Assembly: GCF_004010195.1 (NCBI RefSeq)
Contig: NC_057740.1
Span: 43,269,633-43,333,632, forward strand
Length of the DNA stretch: 64,000 nt
Reading direction: 5' to 3'
Source: Chiloscyllium plagiosum
Lineage: Eukaryota
Positions within the stretch are counted from its first letter, which is position 1. Each line of letters starts with the position of its first letter. The notes under the pieces are model-generated. The model was not told where the DNA came from, made no database searches, and was given only the letters and a program-made list of their open reading frames with translations. Made by a program: the position numbers and the translations under genes. Positions 49,270-62,310 of this stretch are shown one piece after another.

Positions 49270-50718
49270 ACATACAAGTAGTCCTCCTTCACCAGAATGA
49301 CATCTCATTTTCAGGTGCACCCAGTGCTGCCCCTGGCATACCCTCCTGCCCTCTCTGGCTTGATGGTAATGGTTGACTGGGGGATATGCCGGGCCATGAA
49401 GTTACAGATTGTGCTGGAGTACAGTTCTGCTGCTATAGATGGCACACAGCACCTCATGGGTGCTCAGTCTTTAATTGCCTGATCTGTTTGAAGTATGTCT
49501 GTGGTGAAGATACCACACAACATGATGGAGGTTATTCTCAACATGAAGACAGGATTTTGTCTCCACAGACACTGTGCGATAGTTACTCTCACCAATACTG
49601 TCATGAACAGATGCATCTACAGCTGGCAGATTGGGAAGGATGAGGTCAAGTATGTTTTTCCCTCTTGTATGTTCCCCCACCACCCACTGCAGACCCAGTC
49701 TAAAAGCTCTGGCCATTAGGACCCGACCAGCTCGATCAGTATTGCTGCTGCTGAGCCACTCTTGGTGGTGGACAGTGAAATCTCCCACCCAGATGCATTC
49801 TGTGCCGTTTCCACCCTCCGTGCTTCCTCCAAGTGTTGTTCAACATGGAGGAGTACGGATTCATCAGCTGAAGGAGGATGGTACGTGGTAGATACCTGGG
49901 TTCAGTTCCCGCCTCAGGCGACTGACTGTGTGGAGTTTGCACATTCTCCCCGTGTCTGGGCCGAAGGGCCTGTTTCCACACTGTAAGTAATCTAATCTAA
50001 TCTAATCAGCAGGAGGTTTTCTTGCCCATGTTTAACCTGAAGCAGTGAGACCACCGTGGGGTCTGGAGCCAATGTTGAGCATTCCAGGGCAACTCCCTCC
50101 TTACTGTAACAACCCCTCCCCTCCCCCCGGCTGGGTCTGCCCTGCCAGTGGGACAGGATATATCCAGGGATGGTGATGGTGGGATCCGGGACCCTGTCTG
50201 TAAGGTATGATTCCGTGAGTATAACTATGTCAGGCTGTTGCTTGACCAGTCTGTGAGACAGCTCTCCCAATTTTGGCACTAGTCCCCAGATGTTAGGAAG
50301 GAGGACTTTGCAGGGTTGATAGGGCTGTTTCTGCCTATGTCTTTTCTGGTGCCAAGTCAATGCCAGGTGATTCACCTGTTTTCATTTCTTTGAGAATTTG
50401 TAGAAATTGGTACATCTGTATGGCTTTCTAGGCCATTTCAGAGGACAAATGATATTCGACCAAATTGCTGGGGTTCTGGAGTCATATGTAGGCCAGACCA
50501 GGTGAGGACGGCAGATTTCCTTCCCTGAAGGACCTTAGAAATCCTGATGGGTTTTTCTGACAATTGGCAATGGTTTCATGATCATCAGTTGATTCTTACT
50601 CACAGTTTTTTTAATATTGGTTTCAAATTCCAACATCTCTCATTGGTAGGATTTCTGGGTCCCCAGAATATTAGCTGAGTTTCTGGATTAATAATCTAAT
50701 GGTAATACCACCAGGTCA
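49270..50718 (-). mobile_element. 5' portion of L2/Crack-like LINE: tRNA-like head followed directly by an APE endonuclease ORF
   Basis: Minus strand: head tgacctggtggtattaccattagattattaatccag..., then KVLLPNIWGLVPKLGELSHRLVKQQPDIVILTESYL..IPGY and GDFTVHHQEWL..TRGKNILDLIL..SIGESNY. Confidence 0.7.
49891..50003 (+). mobile_element. Internally deleted HE1-like SINE
   Basis: cctgggttcagttcccgcctcaggcgactgactgtgtggagtttgcacattctccccgtgtct joined to gggccgaagggcctgtttccacactgtaag(taatc)n. Confidence 0.8.
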
Positions 50719-51546
50719 CAAATTTGTTGCTTGTGTCCTATAAGCCACTATTGATAAATCCCAGGATCCTATAGACCATATTAACCACCTTCTCGATGTG
50801 TTCTGCCACTCTGTAATTTGTGTGCCTGCACCCGAGCTTGTTCTGCTGCTGCACCCACTTTAGAATAGTTTCCTTTCAGTTTGTGTTGTCTCTCTTTAAT
50901 CTTCTGACCAAACTGAATTACTTCATGAGTCTTGGTGTTAAATTTTATCTCTGCCAACTCCCTGTCCATTTCACCAACCAGCTCGTGTCCTCTTCGAGTC
51001 TATCACCTCATTCACAATATTCACAATATTTCCAAGTTTTGTGGAATTTTGAAATTGTCCCTTGCACATCAATTTTTAAAAATGTGTTCATGGATTGTGG
51101 CTGTCATTGTCTGGGCTAGCATTTAGTGCCCATCACCAAGTGCCCATCCTTGACATGGCTTGCCCTTGAGAAGGTGCTGGTGAACTGCCTTCCCAAACTG
51201 CTTGTGCTCTAGGTACACCCACAATACCCTTAGGGAGAGAATGCCAGGATTTTAACCCTAGTGACAGTGAAGGAACGGCAATATATTTCAAGTTAGGAAG
51301 GTGAGTGGCTTGGAGGGGAACTTGCAGGGGGTGGGTGTTCCCCTGTATCTGCTGCCCTTGTCCTTCTAGATGGAAGTGGCTGTGGGTCTGGAAAAGTTGC
51401 TGTCTAGGGAACTTTCGTGAATTTCTGCAGTACATCTCGTAGACAAAACAAACCACTGCTACTGAGCGTCGGTAGTGGAGAGAGTATATACTTGTGAGGG
51501 TGGTGCCAATCAAATGGGCTGCTTTATCTTGGATGGTCTCAAGCTT

Positions 51547-51731
51547 GGAGAAAGTGAGGTCTGCAGATGCTGGAGATCAGAGCTTAAAAATGTGTTGCTG
51601 GAAAAGTGCAGCAGGTCAGGCAGCATCAAAGGAGCAGGAGAATCGTCGAGAATAAGCCCGAAACGTCGATTCTCCTGTTCCTTTGATGCTGCCTGACCTG
51701 CTGCGCTTTTCCAGCAACACATTTTTAAGCC
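51547..51731. mobile_element. Fold-back Penelope pLTR insertion
   Basis: About 65-bp inverted arms across 51582-51730 with the junction at gcccgaaacgtc. 14-bp duplication ATGGT(C/G)TCAAGCTT (51533-51546 / 51732-51745). Confidence 0.85.
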
Positions 51732-51916
51732 ATGGTGTCAAGCTTCTTGAGTGTTGTTGGAGCTGCACCCGTCCAGGCCAATGGGGAGTATTCCCTCACA
51801 CTCCCTGTGCTGTTGGATAGGCTTTGAAGGGTCAGGAAGTCAGTTATTTGCTGAAATACTTGTAGCCTCTGACCTGCTATTGTAGCTATTGCATTTATAT
51901 GGCTAGTCCAGTTGGG

Positions 51917-52355
51917 ACCTTCCAACCCAAATCCTAGCCACCCGACAACTGGAGGCAGAAGGCCTCATCTTCCACCTTGGCACCCTCCAACCGAAGGAAT
52001 CAATGTGGATTTCACCAGTTTCCTCATCTCCCCTCCCCCCACCTTATCTGAGATCCAACCCTCCAACTCGGCACCACCCTCTTGAACTGTCCTACCTGTC
52101 CATCTTCCTTCCCACCCTATCCACTCCATCCTTCACTCCAACCTATCACAATCATCTCCACCTTCACCCATCTATTGCAATTCTAGCCAATTTCACCCAG
52201 CCCCAATCCCCTCCTATTTATCTCTCAGCCCCCTTGCCACACCACCCCCCTGACACATTCCTGATGAAGAGTTTATGCTTGAAATGTTGACTCTCCTGCT
52301 CCTCGGATGCTGCCAGACTGTCTGTGCTTTTCCAGCGCTGTACGTTTTGACACTT
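51917..52355 (+). mobile_element. Penelope 3' fragment with CpG-decayed hammerhead (52257-52292)
   Basis: LEAEGLIFHLGTLQPKESMW.. followed by a pLTR. 9-bp duplication GTCCAGTTG (51906-51914 / 52356-52364). Confidence 0.8.
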
Positions 52356-52864
52356 GTCCAGTTGAATGTCAGATGTATCCCCCAGAATTTTGATAATGGA
52401 GGATTTAGCAGTGTCAAGGGACAATGGTTCAATTGTCTCTTTTTATAAATAGTCTTTGACTGGCATTTATGGCATGAATACTATTTGCTACTTCTCAGCC
52501 CAAGCTGGATATTGTCCATAAACTGAAATTGCTGGAAAAACTCAGTAGGTCAGGCAGCACTTGTGGAGTGAAAACAGTTAACGGTTTAGGTCCAGTGACC
52601 CTTCTTCAGATTCTTCCAGATTTTGTCCAGTTGTTGTTGCATTTGGACACAATCTGCTTCAGTACTCGAGGAGCTGCGAATGGTGCTGAATATTGCCCAA
52701 TCATCGGTGAACATCCCCACTTCTGACCTTATGATGGAGGGAAGGTCATTGATAAAGCAGCTGAGGATGGCTGGGCCAAGAATGCTATCCTGAGGGACTC
52801 CTGCAGAGACTGGAGCTGAAATGACTGACCTCCAACAACCACAACCATTTTTCTATGTACTAGT

Positions 52865-53180
52865 GAAGTAATGTAGTGGTATTGATTGTGGATTGGTAAT
52901 CCAGAGACCTAAGCAATGTTATTGGGATCTGATTTCAAATTCCTCTGTGACAGATTGTGGAATTTGAATTTTAAACAAAATCTGGAAATAAGTCAATCGA
53001 TGACCATGATCCCATCAGTAATTGTTGTGAAAGATGGGTTTATAACTGAAGTCCTTTCACAGAGAGGTATGTGCTGTCCTGATCTGCTCACCATGTAACT
53101 CCAGACCCACAGCTAGTAGTTGACTTATACCTAGCCTCTGAAATGACAAGCTAACCAGTTTAGACAGGATAAATGCAATG
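52865..53180 (+). mobile_element. tRNA-headed SINE-like element sharing its head with the LINE at 50718
   Basis: gtagtggtatt..taatccagagacc..atgt..ttcaaattcc..tggaatttgaatt, then ctccagacccacagc..ctctgaaatg and ataaatgc. Confidence 0.5.
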
Positions 53181-56100
53181 ACCAGGGTGTCCAGAACCAG
53201 TGGTTGCAGTCTAAGGACACAGGATAATCCATTTAGAACCAATGAGGAGAAATGTCTTCACCCAGAGCGTGGTGAGCCTGCAGAATGTCTTCACCCAGAG
53301 AGTGGTGAGCCTGCAGAATTCTGTGCCACAGAAAATAGTTGGTGCAAAAACATTGAACATTTTCATGGAGTTAGAAATAGTCCTTGGGCTAAAGGGATCA
53401 AATAGAATGGGGGAAAGCTGGAACCTGGTACTGAGTTAGATGATCAGCCATGACTGTGTTGGATGGTGGAGCAGGCTCAAAGGGCCAAAAGGCCTACTCC
53501 TCAAATTTTCTATGTTTGTCTTACCCAACTGCTAATGATTTTTGATTTTAGGTTGCTACCAATAAGAACAGTTAACCACTACCCTCTGTTTCCGATTATT
53601 CAGCCACCTTCATATCCATGCTGCGTTTGTCCCTTTGATTCCAAGCCCTTTAACTTTATTGACAAATCTGTTGCATGTCACTTTATGAAGTATCTTTTCA
53701 AAGTCTATCTACATCCCATCAGCTGCAGTTAACATCATCATCATCATTCAAAGCTCAGTCAAATTAACTGGACACGACATATTATTAACAAATCTCTGCT
53801 GACTTTCCTTAATCAACCACATCTGTTCGGATAGCTCTTAATTTTGCCCTGTCTAATTTCAAGTATATTTCTAAATGTATCTATGTTCTATGGATTTCCT
53901 TTTGTGTTAGTTGCCGGTCTCTTCTCATACTCTTTGATTCTTTTCTTTCCAATTCCTCTTTTAGTGCTCTATGTTTAGCCTGACTCTCAGTTGTATTAAT
54001 AACCTGACACCTTTTCTGCTTCATCTTGCTGTCTTTTGTTGTTTGGGGAGTTCTGGCTTTGTTTGTCTTTCCTCTCTCCTGATGTGTTTCTGCATATGAG
54101 ACCATTGACTCAAATTAAACTTTGTGAAATTAAAGACAAATATAGATCTGGTTAAGAGACGGTTAGATGCTGAGGACAGGGCTCGTGACCATTGGTATGT
54201 ATTCGACCTGAAAGAAGGTAATGACTGGTGTCCGATAAGGATCAGTGTTGGGGCTCTTACTAGTCTCTGCATTACTAAACTTAAGTAACACAATCAACAG
54301 CTGTTTAATGGGTTTACCAATCACTGAGATTGATGGAACAGTGAGTAGTGTTGACAGGAATATAAATTTACAGAGACACATTGATAAAGTGAGTGAATGA
54401 ATAAGACTGTGGCGAGTAGATTTCAGGAAAGGAAAATGTCAGCTCATGGAACCAATAAAGGGGGTAAGATCCCAGAATTATTTAAATACAGCAAAGTTTA
54501 GAAACCGTGGAAGTTCAGAGATTTGGGGATCCATGTACACCGATTGATCATTAAAGTGGAATAGTGAGATTCTGCAAATAATTGAAAAAGCCAATGGAAT
54601 GTTTGCCTTTCGAGGCCCAGTATAGAAAGGGAGAGGAAGCTTCGCTCCAGCACCTGGGGTAACAAAACCTTAACCAGGGGTCCCTGCTCCTTGTACTATC
54701 GGCCAATAGGAACTGTTTTTTCTCTACTTTATCTAAATATGTCTGAATCTGGTCTATCATCAGCAAATCTCCCTTCTTCTCTGAGGAGAACACAATAGTC
54801 TTTCTCTTCTAATGTTACAACTGAATCCCCACCCCAAGACCATTCTGACAAATCTCCTCTTCCCAAGGACCCTCACATCCTTCCTAAAGGATGGCGTCCA
54901 GGGCTACACACCATTCTCTAGCTGTGGCCTGACCAGAATTTTACAAAGACTTAGCGTCACTTGCTGTTTTTGTTCTCAGTGCCTTGATTTATGAAGTCCG
55001 GGATCCTATTTGTTTATTAAATTTCTCTCTTGATGTACCTGTCATCTTTTGTGCTCTGTGCATGTGAACCTCAGGTCTCTGTCTCTGTACATACTTTAGA
55101 ACTGTGCCATTAACTGTATATATTTCCGCTCCTTATCCCTTCTTTCAAAAGATATTACCTCTTACTTTTATGTATTAAGTTCCATCTGTCACTATTACTA
55201 GTTCTGCCATTCTCTCTGTTTCTTGTTGCAGTGCATTAATATCAGCCTCAATCTAGGTCACCCCATTTTCCCCTCCTTAGACGTGTTGTTGGGTCAGTGA
55301 GAGTTCCCATTCTACATTGGTTTCTTCTGAGAGTGAGATCATTCTCTTGCATATTGGTTTGTGAGAGAGACACAGTGGGCAGAATCTAAAATGATTCAGC
55401 ATTTTATCCTTTCCTGGCATTATTGGTGCCCTGTCTGACCTTGCCTCCTCGTTTAATGCAGTATGAGCTGTGATGAGCTACTTAAGAGACCAAAATGTAA
55501 TTTGAGCAGCTGTGAATTCCTATATGCAACCCCTCCTCCAGCCCATAGTATCTGAGCAGCCTCTAGGGAAATACCGCCAGCTCTTCTCTGTATGAACACA
55601 TGCATCTCTCAGGCACAGCCCTCAGTATGAATGTATTTTCTTGGGTTCCAAACCTGATTATATTTGTCTGTGTGTGGACATGCTTCTTAAAGATTTTCTC
55701 TTCTGAAGACCTGTTAACTCAATCCCCTCAAGCAGTCACTACACTCGGCAGTTTTGGCAGCATAGTCATACACATGCACACGGAAATAGACCCTTCGGTC
55801 CAACTCGTCCATACCAACCAGATATCCTAAATTAATCTAGTCCTATTTGCCAGTATTTAGCTCATATCCCTCTAAACCCTTCCTATACCATGTACCCATC
55901 CAGATGCCTTTTTAAATGTTTTAATTGTACCAGCCTCCACCACTTCCTCTGGCAGCTCATTCCATACACACACCACCCTCTGCATAGAAAAGATGTCCCT
56001 TAAGTCCCTTTTACATCTTTCCCCTCTCACCTTAAACCTATGCCCTATAGTTCTGGACTCCCCCAACCCAGGCAAAAGACCTTATCTATTTATCCTATCC

Positions 56101-57131
56101 ATGACATCATGAATTTATAAACCTCTATAAGGTCACCCTCAGCCTTGACTGTGCAGAGAAAACAGTTCACATTTTGGATTGAGTGACCCTTCCACAGACC
56201 CTTCAGTGACTAGGCAGGAATCCTGGCTATTTGTTCCCGTATGGTAAGGGCTGTTCTGTGTGAATACAGGGGGAAGACATTTCTGTCAAAAACGTGGAGA
56301 GAAAAGTGGGCTTGAGTACAAAGGAAGGATCTTGAACTGAACTTTCAGAATGTATGAGTGTAAGTATTTAGAGTGAGTAGTCAATTTGGCCCCTCAAGTT
56401 AGTCCCACAATTCTAGTTTTTTTAAAATCTGGACAGAACATTACTTGGATCTCTGGATTAACAGTCCTGTGACAATGCCACTAAGCCATCTCCTGCTCCT
56501 GAGGAGTTGCAGCAGTTCAAGAAGGCAGCTCACCACCACCTTTTCAAGGGCAACACCCATATCCTATGACAGAATTAAAATTAAACAAAATTGAGGAGCA
56601 TGGATAGAGTAAACAGAAGAAACGTTTCTCCTCAATGCAGGGGTCAATGACTGAGATTTAAGGGAAGGGATTGGAGGTTTGGAGGAATTGTGTGGAAAAA
56701 TGTTTTCACCCAGAGGGTGGTGGGAATCTGGAACTCTCTGACTGTAAGGTTGGGAAAGTCGGAAACCTTTACAACATTGAACAAGGATTTAGATGTGCAC
56801 CTCTGATATCCAGGCAGGCAGTGCTTTTGGTCAAGTGCTGGAAAATGGGGTTAGAATAGTTAGGTAGCTGTTTCTGATTGGTATGGACTTGATGGGCCCC
56901 AAGGCCTTTTTACTGTGCTGAGGATCTCTGTGACTTTCTAAAATGGCAGTAGAAACCGATTCAATAGGAACTTTCAAAAAGGCATTTGAATGAGCAGGGA
57001 AGTGGCCTCATTGGAGACCTCTTTCAAAGAGCTGGCACAAGCACAATGGGCTGAGTGGTCTATTTATAAAATGAAATTTGAAGATTGATCTCTGGTGTAT
57101 TTATGTTTGACCCTGTATCTTCCTGTTACAG

Positions 57132-57202
57132 TATATGGGATGTATTGAAGTGGTCAAATCAATGAGATCCCTTGACTTCAACACGAGAACACAGGTCACA
57201 AG
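57132..57202 (+). CDS. SHC2: SHC2 exon 2 (PTB domain)
   Basis: AG/GT, 71 bp, [23 protein letters not shown](R). Confidence 0.96.
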
Positions 57203-57593
57203 GTAAGATGGTGTTGTATATTATTGACAGAATCGCCATAGGATTGAATCTAGTTATGGTCATTGACTGCTACTGAAGTGAAGATGATTAGAAGCCAAAG
57301 GAGTCGAAATGTAAATGCAATCAATATTCAGTTTCACTCTCAAACATGGTGTTTCTCAAAGGTAGCGCTTGCTTATTTGATTAGACTGCTTTCTTTTTGG
57401 GAATCAGTCCCATAAACATTGACACCTTCCCAATATGACATCCAAATTGAGAGGTTATGGATTCTCCTTTTTATGGTACTCCTCCTTATCTCCCTTTCTC
57501 CCCCTCTCTGTTTTTCTCTCACTTCCTTCCTTTTGGAGTCTGTATCTGTTTCTCTGCCTTGCCCCCTGAACAATGTGTGTTGTAAGTGACTGT

Positions 57594-57793
57594 GATTCGG
57601 AGATGCTGGTGTTGGACTGGGGTGTACAAAGTTAAAAATCACACAACACCAGGTTAGAGTCCAACAGGTTTAATTGGAAGCACACTAGCTTTCGGAGTGA
57701 CAATCACCTGATGAAGGAGCGTCGCTCCGAAAGCTAGTGTGCTTCCAGTTAAACCTGTTGGACTATAACCTGGTGTTGTGTGATTTTTAACTT
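57594..57793. mobile_element. Fold-back pLTR insertion, family B
   Basis: Inverted arms 57629-57697 / 57725-57793. Duplication GTAAGTGACTGT (57582-57593 / 57795-57806). Confidence 0.85.
57705..57739 (+). ncRNA. Minimal hammerhead motif (family B), sense within SHC2 intron 2
   Basis: CAC-CTGATGA-A-GGAGC-GTC-GCTCC-GAA-AGCT-A-GTG; CUA triplet, predicted cut after 57736. Confidence 0.78.
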
Positions 57794-58932
57794 CGTAAGT
57801 GACTGTAATTTGGATCTCTTTGCACAGAGGCTTGTAGAATGGGATTGACAATTTTATATTGATGTGAACAGTTCCTCTGCAATGATCAGCACCATAATCA
57901 GTGCAGTGATGAGAGTGGGGTAGAAATAGCAGCACCAATCGATAGGGCAAAGTGAGAGCTGACTGCAGTGCTAATCTAATATTGATGATGTTTCTTAAAG
58001 AGCCAGCTTGTTCTGAACGTCAGCACAGCGCCACAAACAATGAATAAAATTATCTCTCAAATTCTTGATTGGAAAATTGGAACTCCTTGTTGTAAAATTG
58101 TACCCAATATGTTCTTAGTAAAGAACAAGTTGGAAACATAATTTTCCACATCTGAAATTAACATTGAATGTGAAGCAGCTTCTCAATGCAGCTGAAATTG
58201 TTTTAGAACGTAGAAAAGTACAGAACAGAACAGGCCCTTAGGCCCACAATGTTGTGTCGAGGTTTAATCCTAATGTAAAATATAGCAACTTAACCTACAC
58301 ACCCCTCAACTCACTGCTATCCATCTGCATGTCCAGCAGTCACTTAAATGTCCCCAATGACTCTGCTTCCACCACCACAGCTGGCAACACATTCCATGCA
58401 TTCACAACTCTCTGCGTAAAGAAACTACCTCTGACTTCTCCTTTATACCTTTCTCCTAATTCTTAAAAAAAAATTCAAAAAAATTCTTATATATTCAATA
58501 CTTCCATCTGTAAATACTTGGGGCAACAATGATGATGGTCATCCCGAGATGCTCACTCAGCCTCCTGGACCATGTGATAACTTTGATTTCCCTGAGGCAA
58601 CTGCTGCCAGTAGTTTTGCAGTGGAGAAAGTCACTGTTAAAAAGTATGTAAAAAGGGCTAAAAAGCTGCTGCTTCTGACTGTGGTATAGCCTGAAGTTCC
58701 CAATGCAATGCAGACAGAACCCCGTGATCTCTTTGTGTGCCAATTGGTTAGACAAGGTCCAATTTGGCCTGTGCTTTAGAAATGTGTTATTGACTGTAAA
58801 GAGCTTTGGGATGCACTGTGTTAATGGAAGGTGTTTCGTACAGGTAAAGATGGGCCTCTATATGTCCAGAGATGGGCAGTGCCTGTTATTCTAAACTGAA
58901 TCTTCTCTCACCAAGTTAACCTCATTTTGCAG

Positions 58933-58993
58933 GGAAGCCATTAATCGGCTGCACGAAACAGTTCCAGGAGTGAAAGGGGCTTGGAAAAGGAAG
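58933..58993 (+). CDS. SHC2: SHC2 exon 3
   Basis: AG/GT, 61 bp, EAINRLHETVPGVKGAWKRK. Confidence 0.96.
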
Positions 58994-59384
58994 GTACGAA
59001 CGATGACAGGCTGAGCTTGGATTGTGACTGATTTACTTATCTCAGACTGAACTGCCCCTGCCCTGCCACCATAGGTTCAATGTCCTTGCAAAGTCAAGTG
59101 TCTCATTCCACCTGCTAGCTGCCCACAGCCCTGTGCCTCCTTGGACATTGCAAGTCCACAATTCCCATTGCTACAAGTGAGGCAGTCTCCCTCCAAAACC
59201 CCGGCTCTGATCCCATTGGACGTGTGCGCGTGCATACACATGCTCACTTTCCCTGGGGGACAGGTTTCACAGGCCCTGCTGGACTGGTTGGGGGTTCGGG
59301 ACTAAGACTCACTAACTGCTGACCGTTTAGTTCTTGTTGATGTCTATTCTGTGCCTGTTTGCTTTGCACCTTTACCTCCTTTAG

Positions 59385-59504
59385 CCTTCGAACCAATCCC
59401 TGCAATCCATTCTCGGGAGAAGTAACCTGCGGTTTGCTGGGATGAACATCACCATCAACATCTCCATTGAAGGGTTAAACCTGGCACTGCCCACCACCCG
59501 ACAG
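59385..59504 (+). CDS. SHC2: SHC2 exon 4
   Basis: AG/GT, 120 bp, PSNQSLQSILGRSNLRFAGMNITINISIEGLNLALPTTRQ. Confidence 0.95.
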
Positions 59505-59957
59505 GTACCCACACATTGGGTGTGGTCGGGGGGGGATAAACTGGGGACAGGGAGTGGGGTTAAATGTGGAATGGAGGGAGGGTGAACAGGGGATAACAGG
59601 ATGGGGTGTAAGCATGAGGCTGATACTACCTAGAGATTGGGGAATCACTCAGCAGCAAGCCCACACTCTCCTCCTCCTCCTCTCTCTTATCCCCAAACCT
59701 CTCCACCCAACACGTGCATAGCCACACCCACCCACAGACCCCCACAGTCAGGGCAGTTTCAGGATATGGGATGGCAGGATATTGTGTTGGGTCCTGGAGT
59801 TTTGACAAAAGAGAGAACAACATAAACAATTCCCCTCAAACGTGCAGTTTCTGCTGGTGTCTGTGGGCCCTGGGACTTGTGGAGTGAGGGTTACTGCTGT
59901 TCTTCTCTGCCTGGGGCTGAGAGTATGAGTGAAATGTTTTGTGTGTTTTGTTCCCAG

Positions 59958-60011
59958 ATCATCGCGAACCATCACATGCAGTCCATCTCCTTCGCTTCTG
60001 GTGGGGACACA
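59958..60011 (+). CDS. SHC2: SHC2 exon 5
   Basis: AG/GT, 54 bp, IIANHHMQSISFASGGDT. Confidence 0.96.
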
Positions 60012-60717
60012 GTAAGGAGTTACCTGACCTGACAACATCACTGTCACCACAGCTCCTTTCTAAATTGTCCCACTGGGCAGCTCTAAGGATCACCGGGTGT
60101 GGAGGAACTGCTCAGTGACTAGTTGCTGGGTTTTTGTCAGTGGGTCTATCTTTACTTTGTGATGTAGACAGTGTTCAGTATTTGTGTTTGGTGACTCCCT
60201 CCTTCAGTTGAAGGCAGTGATCGATTGCAGCTTAGTTGATCATTGTGAGGATTCAACTGCAAGATCCAGATGAGCATCATGTAATGACTTTTACTCAGGA
60301 GCAGCAACCCTAACAGATGATCAGGTTTCCTGAATTAGTTGACCAGCTCTCAGACCACTGGCTGAAGAAAGGACACATTATGAACAGGGTCTCCTGATCC
60401 CTTGTATCCAGATTACCAATTTCTATAAACATAATTTCAGGAAACCTTAACCTGCAGTTTCAAATTCCTCAGATGGCTATTTTAATGCCAGTATTTGCTC
60501 ATTATTGTGTAATTTTAAGTAGGTTTGTTCCTATATCAAAATACCAAAGAGGAATTATGATATCTGACAGAGCGACTGAATCTCTCCTGTTCAGATTCAG
60601 GATGTAGTTCAGCATATTCTCCCATCATTCCAGTCCCTGAAATGCACAGACAGGCTGATGTTACTCTTTAATGTGAAGTGTTATTAGAAAGCGGTAAATA
60701 ATTCATGTCTTCTACAG

Positions 60718-60769
60718 GACACTGCTGATTATGTTGCCTACGTAGCAAAAGACCCTGTAAATCAGAGAG
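60718..60769 (+). CDS. SHC2: SHC2 exon 6
   Basis: AG/GT, 52 bp, DTADYVAYVAKDPVNQR(A). Confidence 0.96.
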
Positions 60770-61034
60770 GTGAGTATTTGCAACTACAGATGGGGCCTTT
60801 CTTCAGTGGAGTATTATCAAATAAAATTTAAAACTAAGCCACTCAAGCAGCTCGACTGACACTTACTCATAGTTTAGTTACAGATGGTTTTTAAGGAACA
60901 TCTTAAAAAGAAATGCCAGAGGTTTATAGTCAAGTAGCTGAAGGTATGGTCACCAATAGCAGACCAATGAAACTTGGGGAAATGCCAGAAGGCAGAGCTG
61001 GAGATGCACCAATTGTCTTGGGATGGTTGTGTGA

Positions 61035-61320
61035 TTAGATTAGATCCCTACACTATGGAAACAGGCCCATCGGCCAAACAAGTCCATACCGACCCTCTGA
61101 AGAGTAGCCCACCCAGACCCATTCCCCTACCCAATATTTACCTCTGACTAATGCACCTAACACTACGGGCAATTGAGCATGGCCAATTCACCTTACCTGC
61201 ACATCTTTGGACTGTAGGAGGAAATCGGAGCACCCGGAGGAAACCAATGCAGAATGTGCAAACTCCACACAGACAGTCGCCTGAGGTGGGAATTGAACTG
61301 GGTCCCTGGTGCTGTGAGGC
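61035..61320 (-). mobile_element. HE1-like SINE
   Basis: Reverse complement of the 24519-24800 element, 5' end slightly truncated. Confidence 0.85.
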
Positions 61321-61539
61321 ATTTGGAAATGGGATGGGAGGTTTAAATGTTGCAGGACCAGGAGCCAATGTAGGTAAATGGCCACAGCAGGTGAAACAGG
61401 AGGAAGACTTTGTTTGAGTGAACAAAGCTTTCTCAAAAATGTAATTTTCCCTTAATTTGGTTATGATACTATCAATCAACCTATCTCAATGTTCAGCGTT
61501 GTTTGTGACTCGTCAGATTCTGAAGCACTCTACATCAAA

Positions 61540-62310
61540 ATGCAGCAAGACCTGGACAGTATCCAGGGCTGACAAGAGGTAAATAACATTCATGTTGCAC
61601 AAATACCAGGCAATGACCATCTCCAACAAGACAGAATCCAATATCGGCCCTTAATATTTCAGTGTTACTATCACTGAGTCCACCACTATCCACACCATTG
61701 ATCAGAAAATGACCTAGACTAGCCATGTAAACACAGTGAATACAAAAGCAGGTAACTCATCCCCTGACTCCCCAAAGTCTGTCCACCGTCTACAAGGCAC
61801 AAGTCAGGAGTGTTATGGAATACTCCCCCCTTGCAGCTCCAACAGCACACAAGAAGCCTGGCACCATCCAGGACAAAGCAACCACTTGATTAGCACCACA
61901 TCCACAAACATCCACTCCTTCCACTACTGATGCTCAGTAGCTGCTGTGGGTATTATCTAGAAGATGCACTGCAGAAACTCTCCAAAGATCCTCAGACAGC
62001 ATCTTCCAAACTATTCTCATCTAGAAGGTCAAGGGCAACAGATACGTAGGAACAACACCTCCTGCAAGTTCCCTTCCAAGCCACTCGCTGTCCTGACTTG
62101 GAAATATATTGCTGTTCCTTCATGTTCTATGGTCAAAGTTCTGGAATATCTTCCCTAAGGGCATTGTGGGTCCACCTAGAGCTTCTGGACTGCAGCAGTT
62201 TACAGAAGGCAGCTCACCCCCACCTTCTCAAGGGGCAACTAGGGACAGGCAATAAATGCTGGGCCCAGCCAGTGACACCCACATCCTGTGAATGAATAAT
62301 AAAAAAAATT
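61540..62310 (+). mobile_element. L2/Crack-like LINE 3' fragment with AATAAA and A-rich tail
   Basis: MQQDLDSIQG.., YKAQVRSV.EYSP, tail ctagggacaggcaataaatgctgggcccagcc..aatgaataataaaaaaa. Confidence 0.75.

Larger units (their letters stand above)
51120..52860 (-). mobile_element. L2/Crack-like LINE 3' part with nested PLE insertions
   Basis: NWTSHINAIATIAGQRLQVFQQITDFLTLQSLS..REYSPLAWTGAAPTTLKKLDT plus the family 3' tail. Confidence 0.75.

Noticed and set aside
53251-53320. 33-bp tandem duplication (and 27-bp duplication at about 4542-4600)
   Set aside because: Local slippage inside dead CR1 copies, with no sign of function.
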